64,000 nt of DNA from an uncultured Gammaproteobacteria bacterium (GTDB lineage Bacteria; Patescibacteriota; Patescibacteriia; Patescibacteriales; GWE2-39-37): contig CAYUCS010000002.1 in assembly GCA_964443495.1 (NCBI GenBank), positions 260,021-324,020 on the forward strand. Direction: 5' to 3'. Below the pieces are notes generated by a model. It had not been told where the DNA came from and ran no database searches. It saw only the letters and a list, made by a program, of their open reading frames with translations. Shown here piece after piece: positions 38,428 through 47,365 of this stretch. The first letter of the stretch is position 1. Every line of letters begins with the position of its first letter. The position numbers and the translations under genes are program-made.

Positions 38428-39453
38428 TTAGAATTGTTCTAAAAATCTCAAATCGTTGCTTTGCAGCAAACGGATATCGCCGATGTTGTATTTCAGCATC
38501 ACCAACCTAGTCAGACCGAAGCCGAAAGCGAAACCTTGATATTCTTTAGGATCAACGCCGCCGGCCTTGAGCACGTTCGGATGGACCATGCCGGAACCGA
38601 AGACCTCGAGCCAGCCGGTCTGCTTGCACAAGCGGCACCCTTGGCCCTTGCAGATGAAGCAGGTTACCTCGCCGTTGGCGCCAGGCTCGACGAATGGATA
38701 AAACTTCGGACGCATGCGGATCTTGGTCTCCGGACCATACAAGCGCTGAGCCACCGCTTCGAGCACGCCGCGCATATTGGCCAGGCTGATGTCATTGCCC
38801 ACCATCAAGCCTTCGAGCTGATAGAAAGTATGCTCATGGCGCACATCGGTCGCCTCGGAACGGAAGCAGCGTCCAGGAATGACGACCCGCAGCGGCGCAC
38901 CGTACTTCTGCATCGCGCGCACCTGCATCGGCGAAGTCTGAGTGCGCATCACCAGGTCGTATTCGCCGTTCTTATTCTTCTTATCGACATAAAAAGTATC
39001 CTGCATGTCGCGTGCCGGATGGTGCTTCGGGATATTCAAGGCTTCGAAATTGTAATAATCGGATTCAAGCTCCGGACCATCAAGCACCATGAAGCCCATC
39101 GAAGTGAAGAGCTCTTCCAGTTCCTGAGTGACGACCGTCATCGGGTGCAGATGCCCTCTGGCCGGCTGGATGCCGGGCAAAGTCACATCGACGCTAGCCT
39201 GCTCCTTGCCGCCCTCGAGCATCTCGGCGGCCTCTTTGAACTTGGCTGCCAATTCGAGCTTGATCTCGTTAGCCAACTGGCCCAACTCCTTGCGCTCTTC
39301 GATCGCCAAATCAGGCAATTTTTTCAAAATCTCGGTCAGCTCGCCTTTGCGGCCGAGATATTTCGTTTCCAAGTCCTGAACCAAAGGCAGCTCGCGCAAT
39401 TTCTGCAGCTGTTCGGTCGCCTCCTTCTTCAATTCTAATAATTTGCTTTTCAT
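38428..39453 (-). CDS. pheS: phenylalanine--tRNA ligase alpha subunit
   Basis: 341 aa with class II motifs (...HPARDMQDTFY..., ...FRSEATDVRHEHTFYQLEG..., ...GFAFGFGLTRL). Confidence 0.97.
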   Translation of the reverse strand: MKSKLLELKKEATEQLQKLRELPLVQDLETKYLGRKGELTEILKKLPDLAIEERKELGQLANEIKLELAAKFKEAAEMLEGGKEQASVDVTLPGIQPARGHLHPMTVVTQELEELFTSMGFMVLDGPELESDYYNFEALNIPKHHPARDMQDTFYVDKKNKNGEYDLVMRTQTSPMQVRAMQKYGAPLRVVIPGRCFRSEATDVRHEHTFYQLEGLMVGNDISLANMRGVLEAVAQRLYGPETKIRMRPKFYPFVEPGANGEVTCFICKGQGCRLCKQTGWLEVFGSGMVHPNVLKAGGVDPKEYQGFAFGFGLTRLVMLKYNIGDIRLLQSNDLRFLEQF

Positions 39454-39478
39454 ATATCTATTATCTATGTAATCGATT

Positions 39479-39895
39479 TTAAGTTTGTTTGCGATAGCTG
39501 ATCAAGAAGTATTCCAGAAGCGACAGGGCGATGACCAGGAAGGCAGCATTGAGCCAGCTGAACAGGTTCTGTGACAAAAGGTATAGAGCCGCCACCATCA
39601 TCAGGGCAAAAAGGAAAGATTGGCGGAAGGCATCGTTGACCTGGCGAAAGACCAATTCATGTTTTAAGGCGATAAAGCGCACCAGGAAGCCGATGATGGC
39701 CGAAGTGCCGGTCAAAGCCAAGAAAAGCGACAGGTAAAACAACAAAAAACCGAGCCAATTAGTCGAGGTCGGATCGACCGTGACCAGGACGTAAATCCAG
39801 CCGAGCCACGAAACTGCCGAGGTGGCCGCCATCGTGCCCAAATAGCCGCGTAAAGTCATAAAAAATAATAATATTAGCCAATTAAAGACTAACAT
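39479..39895 (-). CDS. four-TM membrane protein, unknown function
   Basis: Hydrophobic ORF upstream of pheS. ATG 39895 (MLVFNWLILLFF...) is preferred over the TTG track start at 39925. The start remains uncertain. Confidence 0.6.
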   Translation of the reverse strand: MLVFNWLILLFFMTLRGYLGTMAATSAVSWLGWIYVLVTVDPTSTNWLGFLLFYLSLFLALTGTSAIIGFLVRFIALKHELVFRQVNDAFRQSFLFALMMVAALYLLSQNLFSWLNAAFLVIALSLLEYFLISYRKQT

Positions 39896-39977
39896 TACCT
39901 TACCATCTTTCTCCTTATTTTTCAAGACCAGAAACCCCTGCCAAACAAAATGCCGGCAATCGCTTGCCGGCAGGATT

Positions 39978-40190
39978 TCAGCTTTGAGTGAGCAGGAATT
40001 CGGACGTACAAGGCCCGAATATTTTGTTGAGACAAGTTCCAGGAATCGAGCCGTCGTGGCTCACGTTTTGGGCATCTTGCCGCATCTGATCAATCCCGAA
40101 TCCCAGGCTGCTGAAGAATGCTTCTTTCTCGTCTATGTAGGCGAGGACTTCTTGGACAGGAATGAGCATTTCATCAAGGGCGCGGTACAT
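39978..40190 (-). CDS. hypothetical 70-aa protein
   Basis: ATG 40190 is preceded by AAAGGAGG at 8-nt spacing. No recognisable motif. Confidence 0.5.
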   Translation of the reverse strand: MYRALDEMLIPVQEVLAYIDEKEAFFSSLGFGIDQMRQDAQNVSHDGSIPGTCLNKIFGPCTSEFLLTQS

Positions 40191-40300
40191 AACCGTCACC
40201 TCCTTTCTTTTTTAGCTACTTATTTAAACTATAGCATAATTTAATAAATATGTCAATATATATTAATTATTTTTTGGCTAAAATTAAACAATTTCTTTCA

Positions 40301-40329
40301 TTGACAAATGACCATAATAATGTTAATTT
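40301..40329 (+). promoter_or_regulatory. candidate sigma70-type promoter
   Basis: TTGACA (40301-06), 17 nt, TAATTT (40324-29), upstream of ORF 40363-40749. Confidence 0.5.
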
Positions 40330-40362
40330 TCAAGCAAATCGCACTTTACAAGGAGGTGACAC

Positions 40363-40749
40363 ATGAGCAAGCATTCTCGCCGAGCCCCGAAATTCCACAT
40401 CCTCTGCCCCGACCAGGCTATCCTCGACGACTTCCGCGGCTCCAATCGCCTCGCACTGGCCCTGGGGTGGCACACCCCGCACGTCACGACTTTCGGCAAA
40501 CAGCTGGAACAGCAGGCCTTTGAGCGTCTTTCCGAAGATGACTACATCTTCTGCTTCTTCCCACTGACCAAGTCGGACCGCATCCTCGAACGTTACGTCG
40601 AGCTAATGCTGAGCTGCCGAGACATGGGGGTGGACTGCTTCGTTTACACCTTCCATTTCGGTGCCTTCGATTCACCCGAATCGATGATCGACTGGCTGAC
40701 AACCCTGATTGTCATGCAAATAGATGACATCTACGGCCCCAAAGGATAA
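40363..40749 (+). CDS. hypothetical 128-aa protein
   Basis: ATG preceded by AAGGAGG. It has its own promoter and terminator. No recognisable motif. Confidence 0.65.
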   Translation: MSKHSRRAPKFHILCPDQAILDDFRGSNRLALALGWHTPHVTTFGKQLEQQAFERLSEDDYIFCFFPLTKSDRILERYVELMLSCRDMGVDCFVYTFHFGAFDSPESMIDWLTTLIVMQIDDIYGPKG

Positions 40750-40751
40750 AA

Positions 40752-40787
40752 GCGACATGCAATGTATTGCATGCCGCTTCTTTTTTT
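40752..40787 (+). terminator. intrinsic terminator
   Basis: GCGACATGCAAT-GT-ATTGCATGCCGC (one mismatch) followed by T7. Confidence 0.75.
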
Positions 40788-40790
40788 ACA

Positions 40791-40818
40791 AAAAAAACAA
40801 GCCGAGTTGTCTCGGCTT
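40791..40818 (-). terminator. intrinsic terminator
   Basis: AAGCCGAG-4 nt loop-CTCGGCTT followed on the minus strand by U7. It lies downstream of the HD-domain gene. Confidence 0.8.
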
Positions 40819-40839
40819 TGATTCATTGCGTGATATCAG

Positions 40840-41472
40840 CTAATCATAAAGGTTCAATTGGGCCTCGGCTGCTAAGGCAGCTTCTATGACTGCCTCTTCG
40901 CCTGGGTATTTCCGTATCAGGTTTTCCCTAAGGGAAAGACCGTTTCCGGATGACCCGTCCTTGATGGCCGTGCTACGATGCGAAGCATCGACATGATCGC
41001 AGACAGAAATGATCATCGAGATGTCGAGCACCTTCTTGATCGTTGCCGGTGACCAATCCTTGGGAAAACAGCTCATATCCAAGCCGTAGCCAGCCTTATA
41101 CATCGCGTGATGGAAACCGGCACATAAGGCAACGAAGCAGTGGACGTCCTTCAGGGCCTCGAAAGCGGCCTGCGCATGGGTCTTAATCCGTACATACTCT
41201 TCATCAGAAATATCGTGGCCATCGAACAAATCCGGTGGCAGGATGATTTTCCCGATGTCATGCATAAGGGCGGCGAAAAAGGCCGCCTTGGCATCTTGTC
41301 CCAGCAGCAGCGCCACAAACTCGACCAGCATGGCCAAGCGCTCGCTATGGCCCTTGACCGGGCCGTGATTGATCTTGGCTAAAGCCAAAAGGACCCTGGC
41401 GGTACTGTCGAGACCGCCAGCCGGTGAATAATTGGTAATCTTTTCCTGTATTTCCGCGCTTATATCCCTCAT
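40840..41472 (-). CDS. HD-domain protein with a degenerate HD-GYP-like core
   Basis: ATG 41472 is preceded by GGGGGAG. ...HSERLAMLV..., ...ALMHDIGKIILPPDLF... and ...GFHHAMYKAGYGLD resemble HD-GYP, but the GYP motif is replaced by GYG and there is no receiver domain. Confidence 0.65.
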   Translation of the reverse strand: MRDISAEIQEKITNYSPAGGLDSTARVLLALAKINHGPVKGHSERLAMLVEFVALLLGQDAKAAFFAALMHDIGKIILPPDLFDGHDISDEEYVRIKTHAQAAFEALKDVHCFVALCAGFHHAMYKAGYGLDMSCFPKDWSPATIKKVLDISMIISVCDHVDASHRSTAIKDGSSGNGLSLRENLIRKYPGEEAVIEAALAAEAQLNLYD

Positions 41473-41572
41473 GGACTCCCCCTTTTTTGCGGTTATGAAA
41501 TGTACGTCACGATATCGTAAATTACCACCAATCAAAACGTTTGGCAAGGCCCGGAAGGCGCCTTCGAAAAAT

Positions 41573-43726
41573 CTAAAGCCTGATCAATAGTCTGGCTAGC
41601 TTCAATTCGTCGTAGGAGTATTCTCCCTTCAGGTGCTCGAAGACCGGCTTCAGGCGCTCGTCGCCGCACTCGGCAAAACCTTGTTTCATGGCGATGTAAC
41701 GATGTTTGGGCAATTTGAGATATTCCAGGTCGAGCCGCTCGCCAGCATCGATCATCTTTTCGATATGATTGACCACCGTGCCTGGTTCGATGCCCTGGTT
41801 CTTGGCGATGCGCTCGAGCGGAATCTTCTTCAGGATCAGCTCTTTGGTCTTGGCATAGAACTGCGGCTGACGGATCGTCTTGACGACCGGTTCTTCCTTC
41901 TTCGCCTTGGAAGGTTTTTCCGTCGGTTTCAAGCCGCGCTCGCGGACATGACGGCGGATGACCTTGAGGAAATCGTCCGCGAATTGCTCCAACTTGCGCG
42001 CACCGACGCCGACGATCCTCGAAAAGCCCTCGTTGTCTTCCGGAAAATAGCTGGCCATTTCGCGCAGCGAAGCGTCGCCGAAGATGACGAACGGCGGCAC
42101 ATTGGCCTCTTCGGCCAAGGCCTTGCGCAAAACGCGCAGGTCGTCGAACAGCTCGGCGTCATAATCGATGCTAGCCTTCTTGCCCGCCTTGGGCGCGACG
42201 CGATCGGCCTCCGGCTTGGCTAGGACCAGCTTGTCCTCGCCGCGGAACAGGTTAGCTCCCTTCTTGGTGACCGAAAGCACCGGGTACATGCCGTCGCTCT
42301 TGGCCAGATAACCGAGCGCTAAAAGCTGGGCAATGAGCTGCACCAACTCGTGCTCCGAATAATCGTTGACGATGCCGAAAACCGACAGCTCATCGTGCTT
42401 GTTCATGAGTATCTTCTGATTCTTGCGCCCCAAAAGGACTTCGGCGATATATTTCTTGCCGAAACGGTTGTCGGTCCGGACCACGGCTGAAAGTATTTTC
42501 TGCGCGATAATAGTGGCGTCGAAGCGCTCGCGCTCGGTCGTGCAAGTATCGCAGCTGCCGCAATTGTCAGTCGGCATCTCTTCGCCGAAATAGCGCAAGA
42601 GATATTGCTTGCGGCAAGTCGCCAATTCGCAATATTCGAGGACCTGAGCCAGCTTCTCGCGCGCCCGCTCGGCCAATTTCTCGTCCTCCAGCTCGTTGAT
42701 GAAGAACTCGTGCTTGCGCGCGTCGGCATAAGTATAGAACAGGACGCACTCGCTCTGGAGCCCGTCGCGTCCGGCGCGCCCGATTTCCTGGTAGTACCCT
42801 TCCAACGTCTTGGGGAAGCTGTAATGAACCACCAGGCGCACGTCAGGTTTGTCGATACCCATGCCGAAGGCGATGGTGGCGACGATGATATTGACCTTGT
42901 CTTTGATGAATAATTCCTGAGCTAGCTTGCGGTCGTTGGCCTCAAGGCCGGCGTGATAGGCACGGGCGTTGAAGCCGTTCAGATTCAGATTGGCCGCCAC
43001 CTCCTCGGTTTCCTTGCGGGAAAAGCAGTAGATAATGACCGATTCCTTCTTGTAAGCGCCGAGCAGCGCGACCAACTTGTGAAAGGCCTGCTTCTTCTCG
43101 GTCACGCTGATTTTCAGATTCTCGCGATCAAAGCTCGAGATGAACAGGCGCGCCCGCCCGAGGTTCAGCTGGTTGACGATATCCTCGCGCACGCGGGCCG
43201 TAGCCGTGGCTGTCAGCGCGATCAGCGGCACTTGCGGGAACATTTTCTTGAGCTGGCTCAGGTTGCGGTAGTCCGGCCGGAAGTCATGGCCCCACTCGGA
43301 GATACAATGCGCTTCATCGACCGCTATCAGGCTGACGTTCAGTCCGGCCAGGAATTCCTGGAAACTCTTCAGAGCGAAGCGTTCCGGCGCGACGTAAAGG
43401 ATCTTGACCTCGTTCCGTGCGGTCGCCGCGCAGATTTCGCTGATCCGCGACGCGGTGAGCGACGAGTTGACGAATTCAGCCTTGATGCCGTTGGCCTGAA
43501 GGGCGTCCACTTGATCCTTCATCAAAGCGATCAGCGGCGAGATGACCAGCGTCAAGCCGGGAAAATGCAAGGCCGGCAGCTGGTAGCACAAGGATTTGCC
43601 ACCGCCGGTCGGCATCAAGACGAAGCTATCCTGGCCAGACAGGACGTTGTCGATGATTTCCGCCTGCAACGGCCGGAACTCGTCGTAGCCGAAATATTTT
43701 TTCAAAAGCTTTCTCATTGGTGTCAT
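41573..43726 (-). CDS. recQ: ATP-dependent DNA helicase RecQ
   Basis: 717 aa. ...FGYDEFRPLQ..., ...MPTGGGKSLCYQLP..., DEAHCISEWGHDFRP, a zinc-binding CxxxxC...CGxCDxC, and RQC plus HRDC-like regions. Confidence 0.96.
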   Translation of the reverse strand: MTPMRKLLKKYFGYDEFRPLQAEIIDNVLSGQDSFVLMPTGGGKSLCYQLPALHFPGLTLVISPLIALMKDQVDALQANGIKAEFVNSSLTASRISEICAATARNEVKILYVAPERFALKSFQEFLAGLNVSLIAVDEAHCISEWGHDFRPDYRNLSQLKKMFPQVPLIALTATATARVREDIVNQLNLGRARLFISSFDRENLKISVTEKKQAFHKLVALLGAYKKESVIIYCFSRKETEEVAANLNLNGFNARAYHAGLEANDRKLAQELFIKDKVNIIVATIAFGMGIDKPDVRLVVHYSFPKTLEGYYQEIGRAGRDGLQSECVLFYTYADARKHEFFINELEDEKLAERAREKLAQVLEYCELATCRKQYLLRYFGEEMPTDNCGSCDTCTTERERFDATIIAQKILSAVVRTDNRFGKKYIAEVLLGRKNQKILMNKHDELSVFGIVNDYSEHELVQLIAQLLALGYLAKSDGMYPVLSVTKKGANLFRGEDKLVLAKPEADRVAPKAGKKASIDYDAELFDDLRVLRKALAEEANVPPFVIFGDASLREMASYFPEDNEGFSRIVGVGARKLEQFADDFLKVIRRHVRERGLKPTEKPSKAKKEEPVVKTIRQPQFYAKTKELILKKIPLERIAKNQGIEPGTVVNHIEKMIDAGERLDLEYLKLPKHRYIAMKQGFAECGDERLKPVFEHLKGEYSYDELKLARLLIRL

Positions 43727-43756
43727 AAAAAAATAAACTCCCCTCTCTTGGAGGGG
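43727..43756 (-). terminator. intrinsic terminator between the HD_4 gene and recQ
   Basis: The minus strand reads CCCCTC-5 nt-GAGGGG followed by a U-rich tract (AGUUUAUUUUUUU). Confidence 0.6.
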
Positions 43757-43788
43757 TTGCGCGCCGCGCGGGGGTGGGTTTTTTTTAC

Positions 43789-44361
43789 CTACATCTTGCG
43801 CAAACTCTCAGCCACCGCCGCAAGGTCCTCGGCCAAAGGGTTTTCTGGCCACCGCTTAAGTATGGCTTCGATGCTCAGGAGGTAATGATTGATCGAAGCT
43901 TCTTTGGAAACACTGAACCATCCAAAGACCTCATCGCCGTAGCGCGCATGATAATTGACGATCTCCGCCGTGTTGGCCAGAATGTCGGCCGACTTAAGCA
44001 GAAGCGAATCATGCGAGAATTCCGCGATATGCTCGCGCGCCTGCCGCTTGCGCTCAGTCCAAGGCGACTGCGGATTTTCCTCGGTAACGCTCATCACCAG
44101 CTCGGCCACATGCTCGCCGAACCGTTCCACGATCATCTCCCGGTCAACCTTCTTGTGCTCCGCGCTGTCTTCGATCGTGTCGTGCAGGATGCCAGCCGCG
44201 ATTACGTCCTCATCCGCTCCGGCCAAAGACAGGATCAGTCCGACCGTCAACGGGTGGGTGATATAGGCGACGTCCTTACCTTTGCGCTTCTGTTTCTGGT
44301 AGACCTCGTGGGTCTTGACCGAGAACTTGATCGCCCGCTGGATTTTTTCCGTGTATTTCAT
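43789..44361 (-). CDS. stand-alone RelA/SpoT-type HD hydrolase domain protein (small alarmone hydrolase-like)
   Basis: ATG 44361 (MKYTEKIQRAIKFSVKTHE...). ...YITHPLTVGLIL...DEDVIAAGILHDTIEDS... matches the (p)ppGpp-hydrolase HD signature. The upstream part of ORF 43789-44481 looks non-coding. Confidence 0.75.
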   Translation of the reverse strand: MKYTEKIQRAIKFSVKTHEVYQKQKRKGKDVAYITHPLTVGLILSLAGADEDVIAAGILHDTIEDSAEHKKVDREMIVERFGEHVAELVMSVTEENPQSPWTERKRQAREHIAEFSHDSLLLKSADILANTAEIVNYHARYGDEVFGWFSVSKEASINHYLLSIEAILKRWPENPLAEDLAAVAESLRKM

Positions 44362-44488
44362 AATATTCTTGTTTAGCCGCTCCTTCCGGTGATAATAGCA
44401 TTTTACCACCAAAATGGAAGCTTGGCCAAAAAAATAAGCCAAGTTTCCTTGGCTATTTTGATAAAAGGTTTCGCGGATCAAATATGCT

Positions 44489-45694
44489 TCAAGCCAGATG
44501 CATCGAGCCGACCGGCACGCCTGCTTCGAGGAATTCGGCGATCAGGTGCTGATTGATCAAAGCCGGGCTGACGCGAACATTGCGTTTGGCGAATCGAACG
44601 CTGCCGAATCCTGGCTTGCGGCGCCAATAACCCCGGCGCCAATGCACTGGCATACCTATGTGTCCATGCACTCGCACGTGCTCGTTGACTGCCGCCAAAA
44701 ACTGCTTGTCTCTTTCCGTCAGCTTAGTGACGCATTCGACTTCGCAGATTTGCGCCTGATCAGTGATGCAGCGCAGATTCTTGACCGTCTCCCGCTCAGC
44801 CGGTTGCCAACGATTCTGTTGAGCTTCCTTAGGTTCGAGCGAATCGAGGTACAAGGCCAGGCCGGCGACGATATGCAGAGCCGATTCCATCAAGGTGTAA
44901 ACGCCCAGGCTGTAAGCATCATTCTTGGGATTATCCTGAAGGTCCAAAGCCTTGGCCGTCACGAAATCATCCGCGTGCTTGTCGATGCTGAACATGAATG
45001 CCCGGATCGGACTAGTCCTGCCGACCGAAGGGTTGAGACTCTCCATGGCGTCCATCATCTTTTCCAGCTTCCTGGTCTTGCCTTGGTCGATGTACCGTTG
45101 CATTTGCTTGCGGTCATCCTTGGATAAGCCGGAATAACCTTCGAGACGGCTGGAAAACAGCATCACGGCGATGTCCCGATCGAGCTTGGCCTGGCCTTGC
45201 TCATTAATCGTCTCGTAGATCGAAAATAAAATGCTGTCATACTCGAAGCCGAAGCTGTCGACCAGCGGCCGTTCCAATGAAATGGAAAATGAAGGGAAAG
45301 GCCACTCGATGTCGCCCCAGCGCATCTCCTCAAGCGAAGTCCACTCGAGCAGGGTTTGCAGGCTGGCAGGCAGGTGATAGACTCTCCGAGAGGAGATCGT
45401 CCAGTTGTACAAGCAGATCGGCAACAGGGCCAAGCCGCTCATCCTCTGATAGTAGTGGTCCGACAAGGCAAGGAATCTTTCGAAATCCTTGCCTTCGTCC
45501 GGAATCGCGCCATATGATCCAAGCAGTTCGCGCCGCAATTCATGGGCGTGCTCATAGGGCGGCTCCATCGCGAAGGTGGGTTTTTGTCCGTTGGCCATCA
45601 TCGTCTTGTATGTCAGGCCGCCGACATAATTTACATCTTCCCAGAGGCGCAATGCCTGTTCCAAACGTCTTGAAGCGTCGATTGTCTTTTTCAT
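44489..45694 (-). CDS. hypothetical 401-aa protein with a basic C-terminal HWRRGYWRRKPG motif
   Basis: ATG 45694 is preceded by AGGAGGG. I recognise no family. Confidence 0.7.
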   Translation of the reverse strand: MKKTIDASRRLEQALRLWEDVNYVGGLTYKTMMANGQKPTFAMEPPYEHAHELRRELLGSYGAIPDEGKDFERFLALSDHYYQRMSGLALLPICLYNWTISSRRVYHLPASLQTLLEWTSLEEMRWGDIEWPFPSFSISLERPLVDSFGFEYDSILFSIYETINEQGQAKLDRDIAVMLFSSRLEGYSGLSKDDRKQMQRYIDQGKTRKLEKMMDAMESLNPSVGRTSPIRAFMFSIDKHADDFVTAKALDLQDNPKNDAYSLGVYTLMESALHIVAGLALYLDSLEPKEAQQNRWQPAERETVKNLRCITDQAQICEVECVTKLTERDKQFLAAVNEHVRVHGHIGMPVHWRRGYWRRKPGFGSVRFAKRNVRVSPALINQHLIAEFLEAGVPVGSMHLA

Positions 45695-45838
45695 GTGCCC
45701 TCCTGGCAATATATTTGATTTGCGATTGTGTAAAGACCGATTCGCTATTATTACACAATATTGCCATATTGTCAATAGAACTTAGGCAAAAAAACAGGCA
45801 TTATGGCCTGTTTTTAGCAATTTATCTCGTTTTCTGGA

Positions 45839-46513
45839 TTATTTCTGGATATTTTTCAAGCTAGTGACGATCGGCTGGACCAAGTCGTCAGGGTTGAAAA
45901 TCTTTCGCTCTTGCTCGCAAGCTGTCCTGGCCGGGTCTTCATAATTGGCGCACTGCGGCGCACGCAAAGTGAAAACAATGGCAATCGTCCGCCCGTCCTT
46001 GATGGTCGAATAGTCGTAGCTCGTGTAAACGCTGCCGGCCGCGGCGCCCACGCTCTCCTTGACGCAATACTGCCGGCCGGCAATCGTCCGTTCCTTGGCT
46101 GCCACTTCCATCAAGCTGGTGCTTGCCCGCTCGCCTAGGCAATTGGCGGCCGTGCTGGTCACGGTCACTTTCGGCGGCCAGTCCTGAGGCTGGATATAGG
46201 CTGTCGGCAAAGATGGAGAATATTGATAAGCAATGCCCTCGATGCTGTCGATCTTGGTCACAAGACTGCTCGAAGCCGCGCCGCAGCCTTCCGGCGTGGC
46301 GCAAGTCGAGGTCGGCCCCGGACAGGCGGCGAATTCGCACTTCGGACCAGTCCGTCCGACAAATGAGCCGTCGGGACACTCCATCGCGTCCTGCGTGCAA
46401 AAGACCGGCTCAGGAATCTTGGAGGCATTGAACCAGAGCATGACGCCGGCGCCGATCAAGACGATCGCTCCGGCAGCGATCAATAAATCCAGGTTTGACC
46501 TTATTGATGGCAT
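45839..46513 (-). CDS. membrane-anchored extracellular Cys-containing protein
   Basis: N-terminal anchor LDLLIAAGAIVLIGAGVMLWF, then a CTQDAMECPDGSFVGRTGPKCEFAACPG segment. Confidence 0.65.
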   Translation of the reverse strand: MPSIRSNLDLLIAAGAIVLIGAGVMLWFNASKIPEPVFCTQDAMECPDGSFVGRTGPKCEFAACPGPTSTCATPEGCGAASSSLVTKIDSIEGIAYQYSPSLPTAYIQPQDWPPKVTVTSTAANCLGERASTSLMEVAAKERTIAGRQYCVKESVGAAAGSVYTSYDYSTIKDGRTIAIVFTLRAPQCANYEDPARTACEQERKIFNPDDLVQPIVTSLKNIQK

Positions 46514-46540
46514 AGATATGATTGAAATATTAATAATACT

Positions 46541-46855
46541 CTACGGCAGCTGGCCGACACCGGCCTGGCCCGCGAAATACAAGTAAACCAAATAAGCTAA
46601 AGCGACATTCTGGAAGATCAAAAGCGGGATCCCGACCAGAAAATACCACTTACGCGTCTTGTGGCGAAAAGCGAACATGCCGGCATAGACCCCGAGGCTG
46701 CCGAAAGCGGCCGCCATGAAAAAGAGCATTCCTTCAGAGATACGCTCTGCCCCCTGGTTGCGCGATTTGATCTTGTCGATCAGCATCGCTGAAAAAGCGA
46801 TAACGTTGAACGCCAAAAATGCTGCAATGAAATAGAGCTGCAGATCGTCGATCAT
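46541..46855 (-). CDS. DUF1294-family membrane protein
   Basis: ...IDKIKSRNQGAERISEGMLFFMAAAFGSLGVYAGMFAFRHKTRKWYF matches the DUF1294 signature. Confidence 0.75.
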   Translation of the reverse strand: MIDDLQLYFIAAFLAFNVIAFSAMLIDKIKSRNQGAERISEGMLFFMAAAFGSLGVYAGMFAFRHKTRKWYFLVGIPLLIFQNVALAYLVYLYFAGQAGVGQLP

Positions 46856-47217
46856 CTCATCATGTCAACTTTTTTAAAACCGATAGCTACTGGCAGAATG
46901 AACATCAACAAATAATAAAGGTACACATCCAGTTTGTAATACCCGTCAGCCGGATTTAACAGCACGACCATAAAGATGTAGTCAAAAACGATTGCGATCA
47001 GCACCCAGATGATTGCCAGCTTCATATAGTAAGTCAGGTTCGGCCCATCGACTTTCTTGAGCAAGACCAGGATCGTCAGCACGATGCCGATGGGTATGAT
47101 GATCCAGCCGATAGCCCAACCGGGCACGAACGGGAACAGGGCGATGCCAAGGACATAACCGGCCAACCAGAGGAGGAAACCCCAGCCGAGGCCGTCCCAC
47201 ATGAGTTGTTTAGTCAT
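46852..47217 (-). CDS. four-TM membrane protein, unknown function
   Basis: 121-aa hydrophobic ORF. Its stop overlaps the start of the DUF1294 gene by 4 nt. Confidence 0.6.
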   Translation of the reverse strand: MTKQLMWDGLGWGFLLWLAGYVLGIALFPFVPGWAIGWIIIPIGIVLTILVLLKKVDGPNLTYYMKLAIIWVLIAIVFDYIFMVVLLNPADGYYKLDVYLYYLLMFILPVAIGFKKVDMMR

Positions 47218-47321
47218 ATGTTTGCGATTATTTACTAATACTATCCCGCCGAATCATTAAAAGGAGATTAAGCCTAACCCGGTGCCCCATCGCCCTTATT
47301 ATTAATTTTACCACCAAAAAG

Positions 47322-47345
47322 AAAAAGCGTCTAAACGACGCTTTT
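47322..47345. terminator. bidirectional intrinsic terminator
   Basis: AAAAAGCGTC-TAAAC-GACGCTTTT, downstream of ORF 47366-47992. Confidence 0.75.
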
Positions 47346-47365
47346 CCACAAATTAGTTCAAATTG

